Assembly (NCBI GenBank): GCA_910576655.1 | Contig: CAJTJC010000007.1 | Span: 17,363-81,362, forward strand | Source: an uncultured Christensenella sp. | GTDB taxonomy: Bacteria > Bacillota > Clostridia > Christensenellales > Borkfalkiaceae | DNA length: 64,000 bases | Reading direction: 5' to 3' | Shown here: one piece after another, positions 18,564 to 28,000 of the stretch | Layout of the letters: each line of letters starts with the position of its first letter | Position numbering within the stretch: position 1 is the stretch's first letter | The notes under the pieces: model-generated | What the model saw: only the letters and a program-made list of their open reading frames with translations | Databases searched by the model: none | Told to the model about the DNA's origin: nothing | Program-made: the position numbers and the translations under genes

Positions 18564-19144
18564 TACGAACGCTCCTTCGCCAGCCGTTCAAGCCAGCACT
18601 TCCTGCACATCGCCACGTAGCGGTCGTTTCCGCCTATACAGACCTGCGACCCCTCGGTAACCACTCTGCCGCGTCCGTCCAGCCGCGCGTTGACGGTAGC
18701 CTTAGCGCCGCAGGTGCAGACCGACTTTATTTCGGTTATAGACTGAGCTATTTCGAAAAGCCGCTTACTGCCGGGGAAAAGATGTGTGGTAAAATCGGTA
18801 CTAAGCCCGAAGCAAAGCACGGGAACGTCCTTCTTTATCACTATATCGGCAAGTTGGTCCACCTGCTCGGGGGTGAGAAACTGGCACTCGTCCACGATTA
18901 TCACGTTACAGTCGGGAAACTCGTTAACGTACTTGTCGTAGACGTTTTCGCTCTCTTTTACGGTCACCGCCTCGTTTTGCAGACCTATGCGCGATTTTAC
19001 TGTATCCGCGCCGTCGCGGTCGTCGATTGCGGGCTTCAAGAGCAGCACCTTCATATTGCGCTCTTCGTAATTGAATTTGGTTATCAGCGCCTGCGCCGTT
19101 TTCGAGCAGCCCATTGCCCCGAACTTGAAGTATAACTTTGCCAT
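18563..19144 (-). CDS. tdk: thymidine kinase
   Basis: GAMGCSKT P-loop, [10 protein letters not shown], and the C-terminal Cys cluster CTCGAKA...CRKCW typical of type II thymidine kinases. Confidence 0.9.
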   Translation of the reverse strand: MAKLYFKFGAMGCSKTAQALITKFNYEERNMKVLLLKPAIDDRDGADTVKSRIGLQNEAVTVKESENVYDKYVNEFPDCNVIIVDECQFLTPEQVDQLADIVIKKDVPVLCFGLSTDFTTHLFPGSKRLFEIAQSITEIKSVCTCGAKATVNARLDGRGRVVTEGSQVCIGGNDRYVAMCRKCWLERLAKERS

Positions 19145-19181
19145 ATAACCCTTTAACCTACGTATATTAATTTTCGTCTGT

Positions 19182-20483
19182 TTACTCGACTATGCAGTAA
19201 ACGAGAGGCTCTTCGGCGGGTTTGTCTTTGCAGACCTCTGTTGCGGAAAGCAAAATTTCTTCCGCCCTTGCGAACGATTGCTTATTGCACGAGTACAGCG
19301 TTGCTATTTCCTCGCCCGCCTTTACGAAGTCGCCCGTCTTGCGCTTCAAAATAATGCCGGCGCTGTAATCTATTTCGTCCTCTACGGTGTTGCGGCCCGC
19401 GCCGAGCGCGAGCGAAGCAAGCCCGTACGCCTCGGTATCGACCGCGCCGATATATCCGTCCCTGACGCTTTTGACCGCATGCGAATATTTTGCCTTTGCG
19501 AAAGTTGCGGGGTTTTCGATAAGCTTTTTATTGCCGCCCTGCGCCCCTACCGTTTCGATAAGCTTTTTAAGCGCGCTGCCGTCGGCGATAGCCTTTTCCG
19601 CCATTGCCCTGCACTCTTCCGCGCTGCCCTTACCCGCAAGCGAAAGCATATACGCCGCAAGCGTCAGGCACACCTCGGTAAAGTCCGCGGGTCCCTTGCC
19701 TTGCAAGGTTTCAACCGCCTCGATAACTTCCAGCGAGTTGCCTATCGCGCGACCGAGCGGTCTGTCCATATTCGTTATAAGCGCGACCATTTTCTTGCCT
19801 GCGCTCTTGCCTATGTCGACCATTAATTTGGCAAGCGCCTTGCTGTCCTCTACCGTCTTCATAAACGAGCCGCTGCCCGTCTTTACGTCCAAAACGATGC
19901 AGTCGTCGTCCGCGGCAAGCTTTTTGCCCATTATGCTTGCGGCGATAAGAGGCATACTGTCTACCGTTGCCGTAACGTCGCGCAGAGCGTAAAGCTTTTT
20001 ATCTGCAGGAGCGAACTGCCGCGACTGCCCGACGATTGCAAAGCCTATGTCGTTGACCTGCTTCATAAAATCGGCGTCTGACAGAGTAGTCTGAAAGCCA
20101 TCGATAGCTTCGAGCTTGTCGATGGTTCCGCCCGTGTGCCCCAAGCCCCTGCCGCTCATTTTGGCGACCTTTACGCCGAGCGAGGCGACTATGGGCGCGA
20201 CTACGAGGCTGGTCTTATCCCCGACGCCGCCCGTCGAATGTTTGTCTACGCGTATTCCGTTGATTTCCGAAAAGTCGAGCCTGTCGCCCGAATCGCGGAC
20301 GGCAAAGGTCAAATCGCAGGTTTCCCTGCTCGTCATTCCCTTGAAATAAATCGCCATGCAAAGCGCGGAAATCTGATAGTCGGGAATAGAGCCGTCCGTA
20401 ACCCCCTTTACGAAATAGTTGATTTCTTCGGTGGACAGCTCGCCTCCGTCGCGTTTCTTTTTGATAACGTCGTACATTCTCAT
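19182..20483 (-). CDS. pdp: pyrimidine-nucleoside phosphorylase
   Basis: MRMYDVIKKKRDGGELS, DKHSTGGVGDK and SGRGLGHTGGTIDKLE are typical. The start was moved to the ATG at 20483, which removes the overlap with the upstream gene. Confidence 0.9.
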   Translation of the reverse strand: MRMYDVIKKKRDGGELSTEEINYFVKGVTDGSIPDYQISALCMAIYFKGMTSRETCDLTFAVRDSGDRLDFSEINGIRVDKHSTGGVGDKTSLVVAPIVASLGVKVAKMSGRGLGHTGGTIDKLEAIDGFQTTLSDADFMKQVNDIGFAIVGQSRQFAPADKKLYALRDVTATVDSMPLIAASIMGKKLAADDDCIVLDVKTGSGSFMKTVEDSKALAKLMVDIGKSAGKKMVALITNMDRPLGRAIGNSLEVIEAVETLQGKGPADFTEVCLTLAAYMLSLAGKGSAEECRAMAEKAIADGSALKKLIETVGAQGGNKKLIENPATFAKAKYSHAVKSVRDGYIGAVDTEAYGLASLALGAGRNTVEDEIDYSAGIILKRKTGDFVKAGEEIATLYSCNKQSFARAEEILLSATEVCKDKPAEEPLVYCIVE

Positions 20484-20502
20484 ATTTAATATTCCCCTTT
20501 TT

Positions 20503-21996
20503 TTAATGTTTCCAGCCGCCGCCGGCAACGAAGTCCGCAAGCAAATCCCTCGCGTACTTTTCGCCGCCCAGCCGCGCGACCTCGGTTATACGGTTGTATC
20601 TGTACGTGGACGAATAGCTGTCCACGATAATGTAATAATAGCTATCGTCCGAAATTTCGGACGCCTTTAACGCAGTAAAGCAATAATAGTTGTCCGCGCC
20701 CGACAAAAACCGCGACTTTAAGTCCGAGCCCTTGATTTTGCCGAGAACGATATCGTTATCGAACGGCAGAACGGAGAACAGCTGCGCGTAGGTAACGCTG
20801 CCCGCTTCTATTCTGTAAGGGCTGCGCAGCTTCAAATACCCGCCGCCGAGCGCGATTTTATATTCGCCGCCCCACTGTTTTACGCCCGTTTCGTAATAAA
20901 GTTTTGCAAGCAATGTGCAAACCTCTGTCGAATTGCGTCGCGCGGAGTTGGTCCCGAGCACGGTCGTGTAAGGATTGTCGGTCGGAAAATATTTATCGAA
21001 CAGCTCGCCCACTACGGGGTCGCTTGCGCCGCTCGCGTAAACGCTGCTGCTTATAAGCCTTGGCTTAACGGTGAATTCCCTCGTCGCCCTGTTCAGCGAA
21101 ACCTCGGCAGAGCTTACGAAGCTGTTTTCGCCGCCGCCCTGCAAATGGTAAACGCCGTGTTCGTCCTTTAAAATATAGCGCTGGTGAGTGTGTCCCTCGA
21201 AAACCAAATCGACGTAGCCGTCGGACAGCGAAACGTCGTAATAGCTTGAAATTTCGCGCGAGGAAACCTCGTTAACGCTCGAAGCGGAAAAGCTTTCGCC
21301 GTATCCGTCGTGAATGGAATATACTATAAATTCGCAGCCTTCCGCCCTCAGCTTTTTCGACTCCGCCTTGACAAGCGAGGTCAGCGCGCCGCCCGTCGCA
21401 AATTGCAGTCCTGCGGTGAAATCGCCCGAAATCGAGCCGAGGCAGTCGCCTATCGCGCCGATTATACCGATTTTTACACCGCCCCTTTCCACTACGGTGG
21501 AAGCGCGGCAGTAATCCGCGGGCTTGCCGTTTTGGGTTACGTTGATTGCGAGGAACGGAAATTCCGCCAGCTCGCTGTTGGGCTTTAACACCTGCGAGCC
21601 CCAGTCGTACTCGTGATTGCCGAGCGTCATCGCCGCAAAGTCGAGCTCGTTCATCCATTCGGTGAGAAGCCGCCCCTTGTTGGTGGAGGATTCCACGGTG
21701 CCCTGCCAGGTATCGCCCGAAGAGAGCAAAATTTCTTCGCGGGCGGGGTCGGCGTACAGCGCCTTCATATAGGCGGTAAATTCGTCCAAACCGGGCTGAA
21801 CGTCGGTGTCGATATACTTGCCGTGCAGGTCGTTTATCGCATAAAAAGACAGTTCTACCGTCATCCTTTCGCCGCAGCCGTCGCAAAGCCCGTTGCCGTC
21901 GGCGTCCGCGTGTTTATGTACTTCCGCTCCGCAGCCCGCCGCACATAGCGCAACCGCCGCGGCACAGACCGTCGAAAGCCTTAAAAGCTTACCCAT
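20503..21996 (-). CDS. lipoprotein metallophosphatase / 5'-nucleotidase family (UshA/CpdB-like)
   Basis: Lipobox CAAGC. Calcineurin-type motifs NDLHG, SGDTWQG, LGNHEYDWG and EGHTH, with a nucleotidase-like C-terminal half. Confidence 0.8.
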   Translation of the reverse strand: MGKLLRLSTVCAAAVALCAAGCGAEVHKHADADGNGLCDGCGERMTVELSFYAINDLHGKYIDTDVQPGLDEFTAYMKALYADPAREEILLSSGDTWQGTVESSTNKGRLLTEWMNELDFAAMTLGNHEYDWGSQVLKPNSELAEFPFLAINVTQNGKPADYCRASTVVERGGVKIGIIGAIGDCLGSISGDFTAGLQFATGGALTSLVKAESKKLRAEGCEFIVYSIHDGYGESFSASSVNEVSSREISSYYDVSLSDGYVDLVFEGHTHQRYILKDEHGVYHLQGGGENSFVSSAEVSLNRATREFTVKPRLISSSVYASGASDPVVGELFDKYFPTDNPYTTVLGTNSARRNSTEVCTLLAKLYYETGVKQWGGEYKIALGGGYLKLRSPYRIEAGSVTYAQLFSVLPFDNDIVLGKIKGSDLKSRFLSGADNYYCFTALKASEISDDSYYYIIVDSYSSTYRYNRITEVARLGGEKYARDLLADFVAGGGWKH

Positions 21997-21999
21997 ATG

Positions 22000-22404
22000 T
22001 TATAAATCTTTATCAGTAAACGCGAAAGGCAACAGCTTATCGAGCGTGTACTCTTTAATAGAGTTTTCGTTGCCGAGGATAATTCTGAAATCTTTTCCGC
22101 AGAACTCGGCTATTACCTGCCTGCAAACGCCGCAGGGCGCGCAGAAGTCAGCCGTTTCGCCCTCTCTGCCGCCGATAATGGCAATCGCCTCGAATTCGCG
22201 CTCGCCCTCGGAAACGGCTTTAAAAATCGCGGTGCGCTCGGCACAGTTACCGGGCGTGAACGCCGCATTTTCTATATTGCAGCCGGTGTAAATCTTTCCA
22301 CTTTTGGTAAGCAGAGCCGCGCCCACGCAATAATGCGAGTACGGCGTATAGGCCGTTTGGCGCGCTTTCTGAGCCGCAGTCATCAATGCTTTGTTGTCAA
22401 TCAT
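22000..22404 (-). CDS. cdd: cytidine deaminase
   Basis: Zinc motifs CAERTAI and PCGVCRQV. Length is 134 aa. Confidence 0.9.
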   Translation of the reverse strand: MIDNKALMTAAQKARQTAYTPYSHYCVGAALLTKSGKIYTGCNIENAAFTPGNCAERTAIFKAVSEGEREFEAIAIIGGREGETADFCAPCGVCRQVIAEFCGKDFRIILGNENSIKEYTLDKLLPFAFTDKDL

Positions 22405-23564
22405 TTTTTAACCTCTCCTAAAAAGCTTTCGCCGCGCGTGTCTTCCTTGCCGACACCGAAGTAATCCAATACCGTCGCGCTTATATCGGCAAAGCTCGAA
22501 CGCGTGCCGAGGTTTACTCCGCTCTTTATCGAATTGCCGTATATCAGCATGGGCGTGTACTCGCGCGAATGGTCGGTGGACGGCGTTGCGGGGTCGCAAC
22601 CGTGGTCCGCCGTGATAAGAAGAACGTCGTCCTCTTTCATATCCTTTATAAACGAAATCAAAAACCCGTCGAACTCGGTCGCAGCCGCGGCGTAGCCCGC
22701 CACGTCGTTTCTATGACCGTATTTCATATCGAAATCGACGAGATTGACAAAACACAGACCCGAGAAATCTCTTCCCTGCATCTTTTTGGTCACCTCCATA
22801 CCGTGAGTATTCGAGGTGGTGCGGTTGCTTTCGGAAACTCCGCTGCCCGCAAATATATCGTAAATTTTTCCGACTGAAATCGTTTCGTAGCCCGCGCGCT
22901 GCAAGACGTTAAGCATGGTGTCCGCAGGCGGCAGAAGCGAAAAGTCGTGTCTGTTCGAAGTGCGCGAATAAGGATATTCGCCGTTGAAGGGACGCGCGAT
23001 AACTCTGCCTACGCCGTGCTTGCCGACGAGCATTTCGCGCGCGATTTCGCAATATTTATAAAGCTGCTCCACGGGGACGACGTCCTCGTGCGCGGCAATC
23101 TGGAAAACGCTGTCCGCCGAGGTGTAGACGATAAGCGCGCCCGTTTCCACGTGCTCGCGCCCGTAGTCCTTTATTACCTCGGTACCAGAATAGGGCTTGT
23201 TGCAGATAACCTTTCTGCCCGTCTTGCTTTCGAATTGCTTTATAACGTCCTCGGGAAATCCGTCGGGATAGGTCGGCAGTGGCTCGGGCGAAATTATACC
23301 CGCAATTTCCCAGTGACCGATAGTCGTATCCTTGCCCATAGACCGCTCGCTCATTTTCGCATAGCTTGCAGCGGGCGCGCTTACGCCGCCGCCGACGCCG
23401 TCTATGTTGAAAAGTCCCATTCTTTCAAGCTCGGGACATTTAAAGTTGGGGTGGTTTCTTATCGCTCCCAGTGTGTTGCTGCCCTCGTCGTGCCAGAGGT
23501 GCGCGTCGGGAAGCTCGCCTATGCCGAAGCTGTCAAGTACAATAAGGAAAAATCTTTTAGCCAT
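22401..23564 (-). CDS. deoB: phosphopentomutase
   Basis: [22 protein letters not shown]-terminus, NLVDFDMKYGHRND and TADHGCDP. The start was moved to the ATG at 23564, which overlaps the deoD stop (TAATG). Confidence 0.9.
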   Translation of the reverse strand: MAKRFFLIVLDSFGIGELPDAHLWHDEGSNTLGAIRNHPNFKCPELERMGLFNIDGVGGGVSAPAASYAKMSERSMGKDTTIGHWEIAGIISPEPLPTYPDGFPEDVIKQFESKTGRKVICNKPYSGTEVIKDYGREHVETGALIVYTSADSVFQIAAHEDVVPVEQLYKYCEIAREMLVGKHGVGRVIARPFNGEYPYSRTSNRHDFSLLPPADTMLNVLQRAGYETISVGKIYDIFAGSGVSESNRTTSNTHGMEVTKKMQGRDFSGLCFVNLVDFDMKYGHRNDVAGYAAAATEFDGFLISFIKDMKEDDVLLITADHGCDPATPSTDHSREYTPMLIYGNSIKSGVNLGTRSSFADISATVLDYFGVGKEDTRGESFLGEVKK

Positions 23565-24292
23565 TACGCAAGCTCCAAAGCAATTTTCATCATCGCGGTG
23601 AACGAGTTCTGCCTTTCCTCTGCGGTGGTATTCTCTTCGGGGTGAAGGAAGCTGTCGCTTACGGTGCAGATGCAAAGCGCCTTTTTACCTGCGCGTGCTG
23701 CGTTGCAGTAAAGCGCGGCGCTTTCCATTTCAACGCCGAGCACGCCCATTTTGGCCCACTGCATACCGCTGTTCGCGTCGTCGTAGAACATATCAGACGA
23801 GAATATGTTGCCGACCTTGTAGTTGACGCCCGCCTGCTCGCAGAGCTCGGCAGCCCTTCTTATAAGCGAAAAATCCGCAATAGGGCAGAACGTGCCGGGC
23901 AGGTTGTACTGCATTGCGTAGTTGCCGTTGGTGCAAGCGCCCTGCGCTATTATAATGTCGCGGACGTGCAAATCTTTGTCGAACGAGCCGCAGCTGCCTA
24001 TGCGGATAATGCTTTTTACGCCGTAGAAATTATACAGCTCGTACGAGTAAATGCCGATAGACGGCTGACCCATACCCGAAGCCATAACCGAAACGCGCTT
24101 GCCCTTGTAGTAGCCCGTATATCCGTTTACGCCGCGCACGTTGTTGACGAGGACGGCGTTCTCCAAAAAGTTATCTGCAATGAATTTCGCCCTCAAAGGG
24201 TCGCCGGGCATCAGCACGGTTTCGGCGAAATCGCCGTAGTTCGCCGTAATGTGCGGCGTAGGTACGTTGGGGTGCTTTACGTCTTTACTCAT
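23564..24292 (-). CDS. deoD: purine nucleoside phosphorylase, DeoD type
   Basis: [28 protein letters not shown] and [12 protein letters not shown] closely follow the E. coli DeoD pattern. Confidence 0.9.
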   Translation of the reverse strand: MSKDVKHPNVPTPHITANYGDFAETVLMPGDPLRAKFIADNFLENAVLVNNVRGVNGYTGYYKGKRVSVMASGMGQPSIGIYSYELYNFYGVKSIIRIGSCGSFDKDLHVRDIIIAQGACTNGNYAMQYNLPGTFCPIADFSLIRRAAELCEQAGVNYKVGNIFSSDMFYDDANSGMQWAKMGVLGVEMESAALYCNAARAGKKALCICTVSDSFLHPEENTTAEERQNSFTAMMKIALELA

Positions 24293-24948
24293 ATTAAATT
24301 TTCCTCCTTAGCCAGTTTAATAATTCGAGATGTGCCCAATCTGTCCGCGCCGAGAGAAACGAAGTCTTCGGCGTCCTGCAACGAGGAAATTCCGCCCGCC
24401 GCCTTTATTTTTACGCCCTCGCCGACGTGCTTTGCGAAAATTTCAACGTCCTCGCGCGTGGCTCCCGCAGTCGAGAAGCCCGTCGAGGTTTTGATATAGT
24501 CCGCTTTTGCCGCGGTGACTATTTCGCACATCTTTATTTTCTCTTCCTCGGTAAGAAGGCAGGTTTCGATTATTACCTTTAAAATTTTGTCGCTGCATAC
24601 GGACTTGATTGCCGTAATTTCGTCCTGAATTTTATCGTAAAACTTTGCCTTTAAATCGCCGATATTTATGACCATATCGATTTCGTCCGCGCCGTTTTTA
24701 ACCGCGTCGTAGGTTTCGAAAACCTTTACGTCCTTGGTGTTGTAGCCGTTCGGAAAGCCGATAACCGTGCAAATTGCAATTCTGCCGTTTGCATACTTTT
24801 TCGCTTCCGCAACGAAATACGGCGGAATACACACCGACGCGCAGGCATACTTTATGCCGTCGTCGATAAGCTGCTTTATGTCCGCCCACGTTGCCGTCAC
24901 CGAAAGGTTGGTATGGTCGCACTTGCCTAAAATGTCTTTAATGTCCAT
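24289..24948 (-). CDS. deoC: deoxyribose-phosphate aldolase
   Basis: [19 protein letters not shown] (Schiff-base Lys region) and KAAGGI. Length is 219 aa. It is the first gene behind a consensus promoter. Confidence 0.9.
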   Translation of the reverse strand: MDIKDILGKCDHTNLSVTATWADIKQLIDDGIKYACASVCIPPYFVAEAKKYANGRIAICTVIGFPNGYNTKDVKVFETYDAVKNGADEIDMVINIGDLKAKFYDKIQDEITAIKSVCSDKILKVIIETCLLTEEEKIKMCEIVTAAKADYIKTSTGFSTAGATREDVEIFAKHVGEGVKIKAAGGISSLQDAEDFVSLGADRLGTSRIIKLAKEENLI

Positions 24949-24981
24949 TTTTTACCCCTTGATAATTTTAAATACTAATAT

Positions 24982-25010
24982 ATTATAGAGCATATTTCCG
25001 CTATTGTCAA
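24982..25010 (-). promoter_or_regulatory. sigma-70/SigA-type consensus promoter of the deo / nuclease operon
   Basis: Read on the minus strand: TTGACA (25010-25005), 17 nt spacer, TATAAT (24987-24982), about 30 nt upstream of the deoC ATG. Confidence 0.8.
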
Positions 25011-25026
25011 TGCCTAATTTAAAAAT

Positions 25027-25058
25027 TAAAAGAGACGGCAAAACGCCGCCTCTTTTAT
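25027..25058 (-). terminator. rho-independent terminator ending the 32 kb lipoprotein/Opp operon
   Basis: Minus strand reads agaggcggcg-tttt-gccgtctct (one bulge) followed by a T-rich run. It lies 19 nt after the stop of the 2059 aa gene. Confidence 0.75.
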
Positions 25059-25076
25059 ATTGTCCGAGTATTATTT

Positions 25077-28000
25077 TTAAAGTGAAAACCCATCGCAGGT
25101 AGCAGAGAAATCGTTGGTAATATACGCGTTATTGACGTATGTACCGCCTGTACGGGTCAACTTATTGCCCGATACCGTCATAATAACGGTTTGACCTACG
25201 CCGCTGCCTATTGCCTTGGTTAAAGTCATAGTAAGCTCGTTACCTTTTAACTCTCCGATAAATTCAAACGCGCCGTAATAGCCGCAATCGATTTTACCTA
25301 CGATAGTCGCCTCGTCGTTAAACGTTATAGTACAGTTGTTAGAATCGCCAAAACTGTCCTTATAAGTACCGTTAAACGTAAGCCCCGCAAAAGCAGACTT
25401 GCCGAGGAACTGCTTGTTTTCAACGTCGATAACGTACTTGGTTACCGCTTCGCCGTCGTATACGGATATACTCGTGCCGCTGACGACGTAAGTTTTGGTA
25501 GTGCCGACAACTCCGCCGAGACCGTCAAGCGTTATCGTGCCGCCTTCGGGAAGCGTATATTCGCCCGCATATCCGTCCTGAACGTAAGCAAAGCTTCCGT
25601 TTTCTTTATCGACGGTTATAACGTGCATACGGTTGTTGTGTGTAAATACCAGCTTGCCGTCCGAAATAACGTAACTGTCGGGAGTAGACGCGCCTACCGT
25701 TAGCGTACCGCCGCCGTCTACCACAATAGTCGTCCCTTCAAAAGTATAGGTGCCCTGATACCCGTCAAGCTCTACTACGTTTCCGTCCTTCAATACGGCT
25801 ATAACCGAGCCGTCCGAAGCGCTGACGATATGGTTAGTATTATGACATTTATCGGCAGTCTGACTACCCCAGCTTACGCCGGTATAGATTTTGTTGTCAT
25901 ATCCGAAGACGTTAACGTCCGGTTTCGATGCGTCGACAAATTTGACCGTTGCCCAGAACGTATAAGGATTTGTCTTTAAACCCGAGTAAACGACTTCTTT
26001 TACAAGTTCGGGATTAAACAGCAAATACGTATCGTTGCCTACGGAAGTCGCATTGCTGCCATACGCGTACCAGATAACTCCTACGGACTTATCGACATAA
26101 GCATACTTACCTACGTTTATCGCCCCCGAAGTCTTGCTGATGTCCGCATCCGACAGCGTACCCTTGGTTGAGCTATAGGCATATTCGCCCGCCACGCCCA
26201 TCGTAAACGTTGTTGATTGACTTGCAATTATTTTGGTACCGTTTTCACCCGCGCGGTAAAGATTCCAGCCCTTGTACGTTCCTGCCATTGCAGCAGGCGT
26301 TACCCACTTGGCGTAAACGTCGAGCGTAACGCCGGAAATTACGGTATCGCCCGTAACCTCTGCGCCCCAGTCGCCGTCGGCGCCGTCCTTAGTGAACCAG
26401 CCCGCAAACGCCATTCCGTCGTTTTCGTAGTCGATTTCAGGCAAATTATCCGCTCCGATTGCGTCGTTCACGAAGCCGCCGCGGTACACCGTATCGGTAT
26501 GTCCTGCCGCGTTAACGTGGAACGTAACTTCCGCTTGCGCGTCCCACTTGGCGTAAAGCGTTGCGTTTTCACCCGTAACGTACGTATCGGCAGCCTTCGA
26601 CTTATATTCCGCATCGGTATACCAGCCACGGAATACGAAACCTTCCGCCGTCGGGTTCTTTGCCGTCAAATCCTGAGCAAAGAATTTATTTATCGTTATC
26701 GTTTCGTTTGCGCCGTTACCGTTCATTTCAAACGTAACGGTTACAGAAGGTTGTTCGATAACGGTTGAGCCGTCGGCGCCGATTACGTATAGCGCGGAAG
26801 CTTTATAGCAGTCCTTAGCGTCAATATCGTTGCCGCCTGTTGCCGCGTCCTTAAAGGATACGCCGAAGTACACCTCGCCGTCCGCAATATAAATTCTGTA
26901 AGTAGTATCGGCGTCGAACGCATACTCTATTACCCTGTTCTTACCGCCGTTCCAGTAAGACGAAGAAATCTTATCGTAAATGCTACCCGTTTCTTTATTG
27001 TTAAGCAGCCAGACTTCAGAAATTTTCGTACTTACGCCTGATGACGCAGCCATAACTATCAGTCCGGTTTCGGGGTCGATTGCCGCATTATAAACGGAAT
27101 TGCCTACTTTAACAGTAAGCTTTGTAGTTGAATTTTCGACGTAAGCAATTTCAACCGCGCCGCTAAACGGATAGGCCGTTGCCTCCGCGTTACCGTAAGG
27201 GTCAACCGAAATCGCGTTGGAGCTTCTGTCGTCTTTACCGCTAACGCCGGAGACATCTTTTCCGTAAATTCTTATAGGCGCGTAGATATCGTTAAACAGA
27301 GGCGCAGCCGTCCACTTTGCGTAAACCGTAAGATTTTCCGTCACCGTGCTGCCGCTAACCCATTCATCGCCCCAGTCGCCGTCAGCGCTGCCGTCTTTTA
27401 AGAACCAGCCGACGAACGCGTGCTTATTATACACGGGCACGTCTATAACTGCGCTGTCTCCGACCGAGTAACGTATAGTTTCGTCCTGCGTTTCGCCGTC
27501 GTTGAATACAAGCGTCAGCGAAGCGGGATTAGAATACTTTGCGTAAATAGTCGCGTTTTCCGTGAGAATAAAAGTATCTTCTATTTTTTCGGTACATTCC
27601 GCGTCCTTAAAGTAGCCGTTGAACACAAACTCCGTATTGAACGACGCGCCGTCCGGCAACGAGGCAAAATTGTTGATATTGATATTTACGTTAAACGCCG
27701 CAATCTCGTCCGGAAGAGTCGTGCCTGCGGGCGCAACGGCGGTTACAGTTACCGTTGCCTCGGGCTTAACCGCCGTGTAGGCTTTCTCTGACAGCGTTAC
27801 GTCCCAGTATTCCCTATTGACACCTTCGGAAACTACAAACAAACCGAGACTACCGCCGTTAGTAACGTAAGTACCGGATTTTTCGCCCCAGATAAAGCTG
27901 CCCGTTCCGTCAAGCGAGATATCGCCGTCCGTACCGATATATGTACCGAAATATTCGTCAAGCGACTTAACATTGTTGTCGGCATTGAAACTGTCGCCCT

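Noticed and set aside
21272-21886. A 204 aa alternative-frame ORF inside the 5'-nucleotidase gene. Similar same-strand shadow ORFs lie at 17411-17905, 51060-51518 and 49062-49502.
   Set aside because: These are Arg-rich frame-shifted shadows of real genes with no independent signals.
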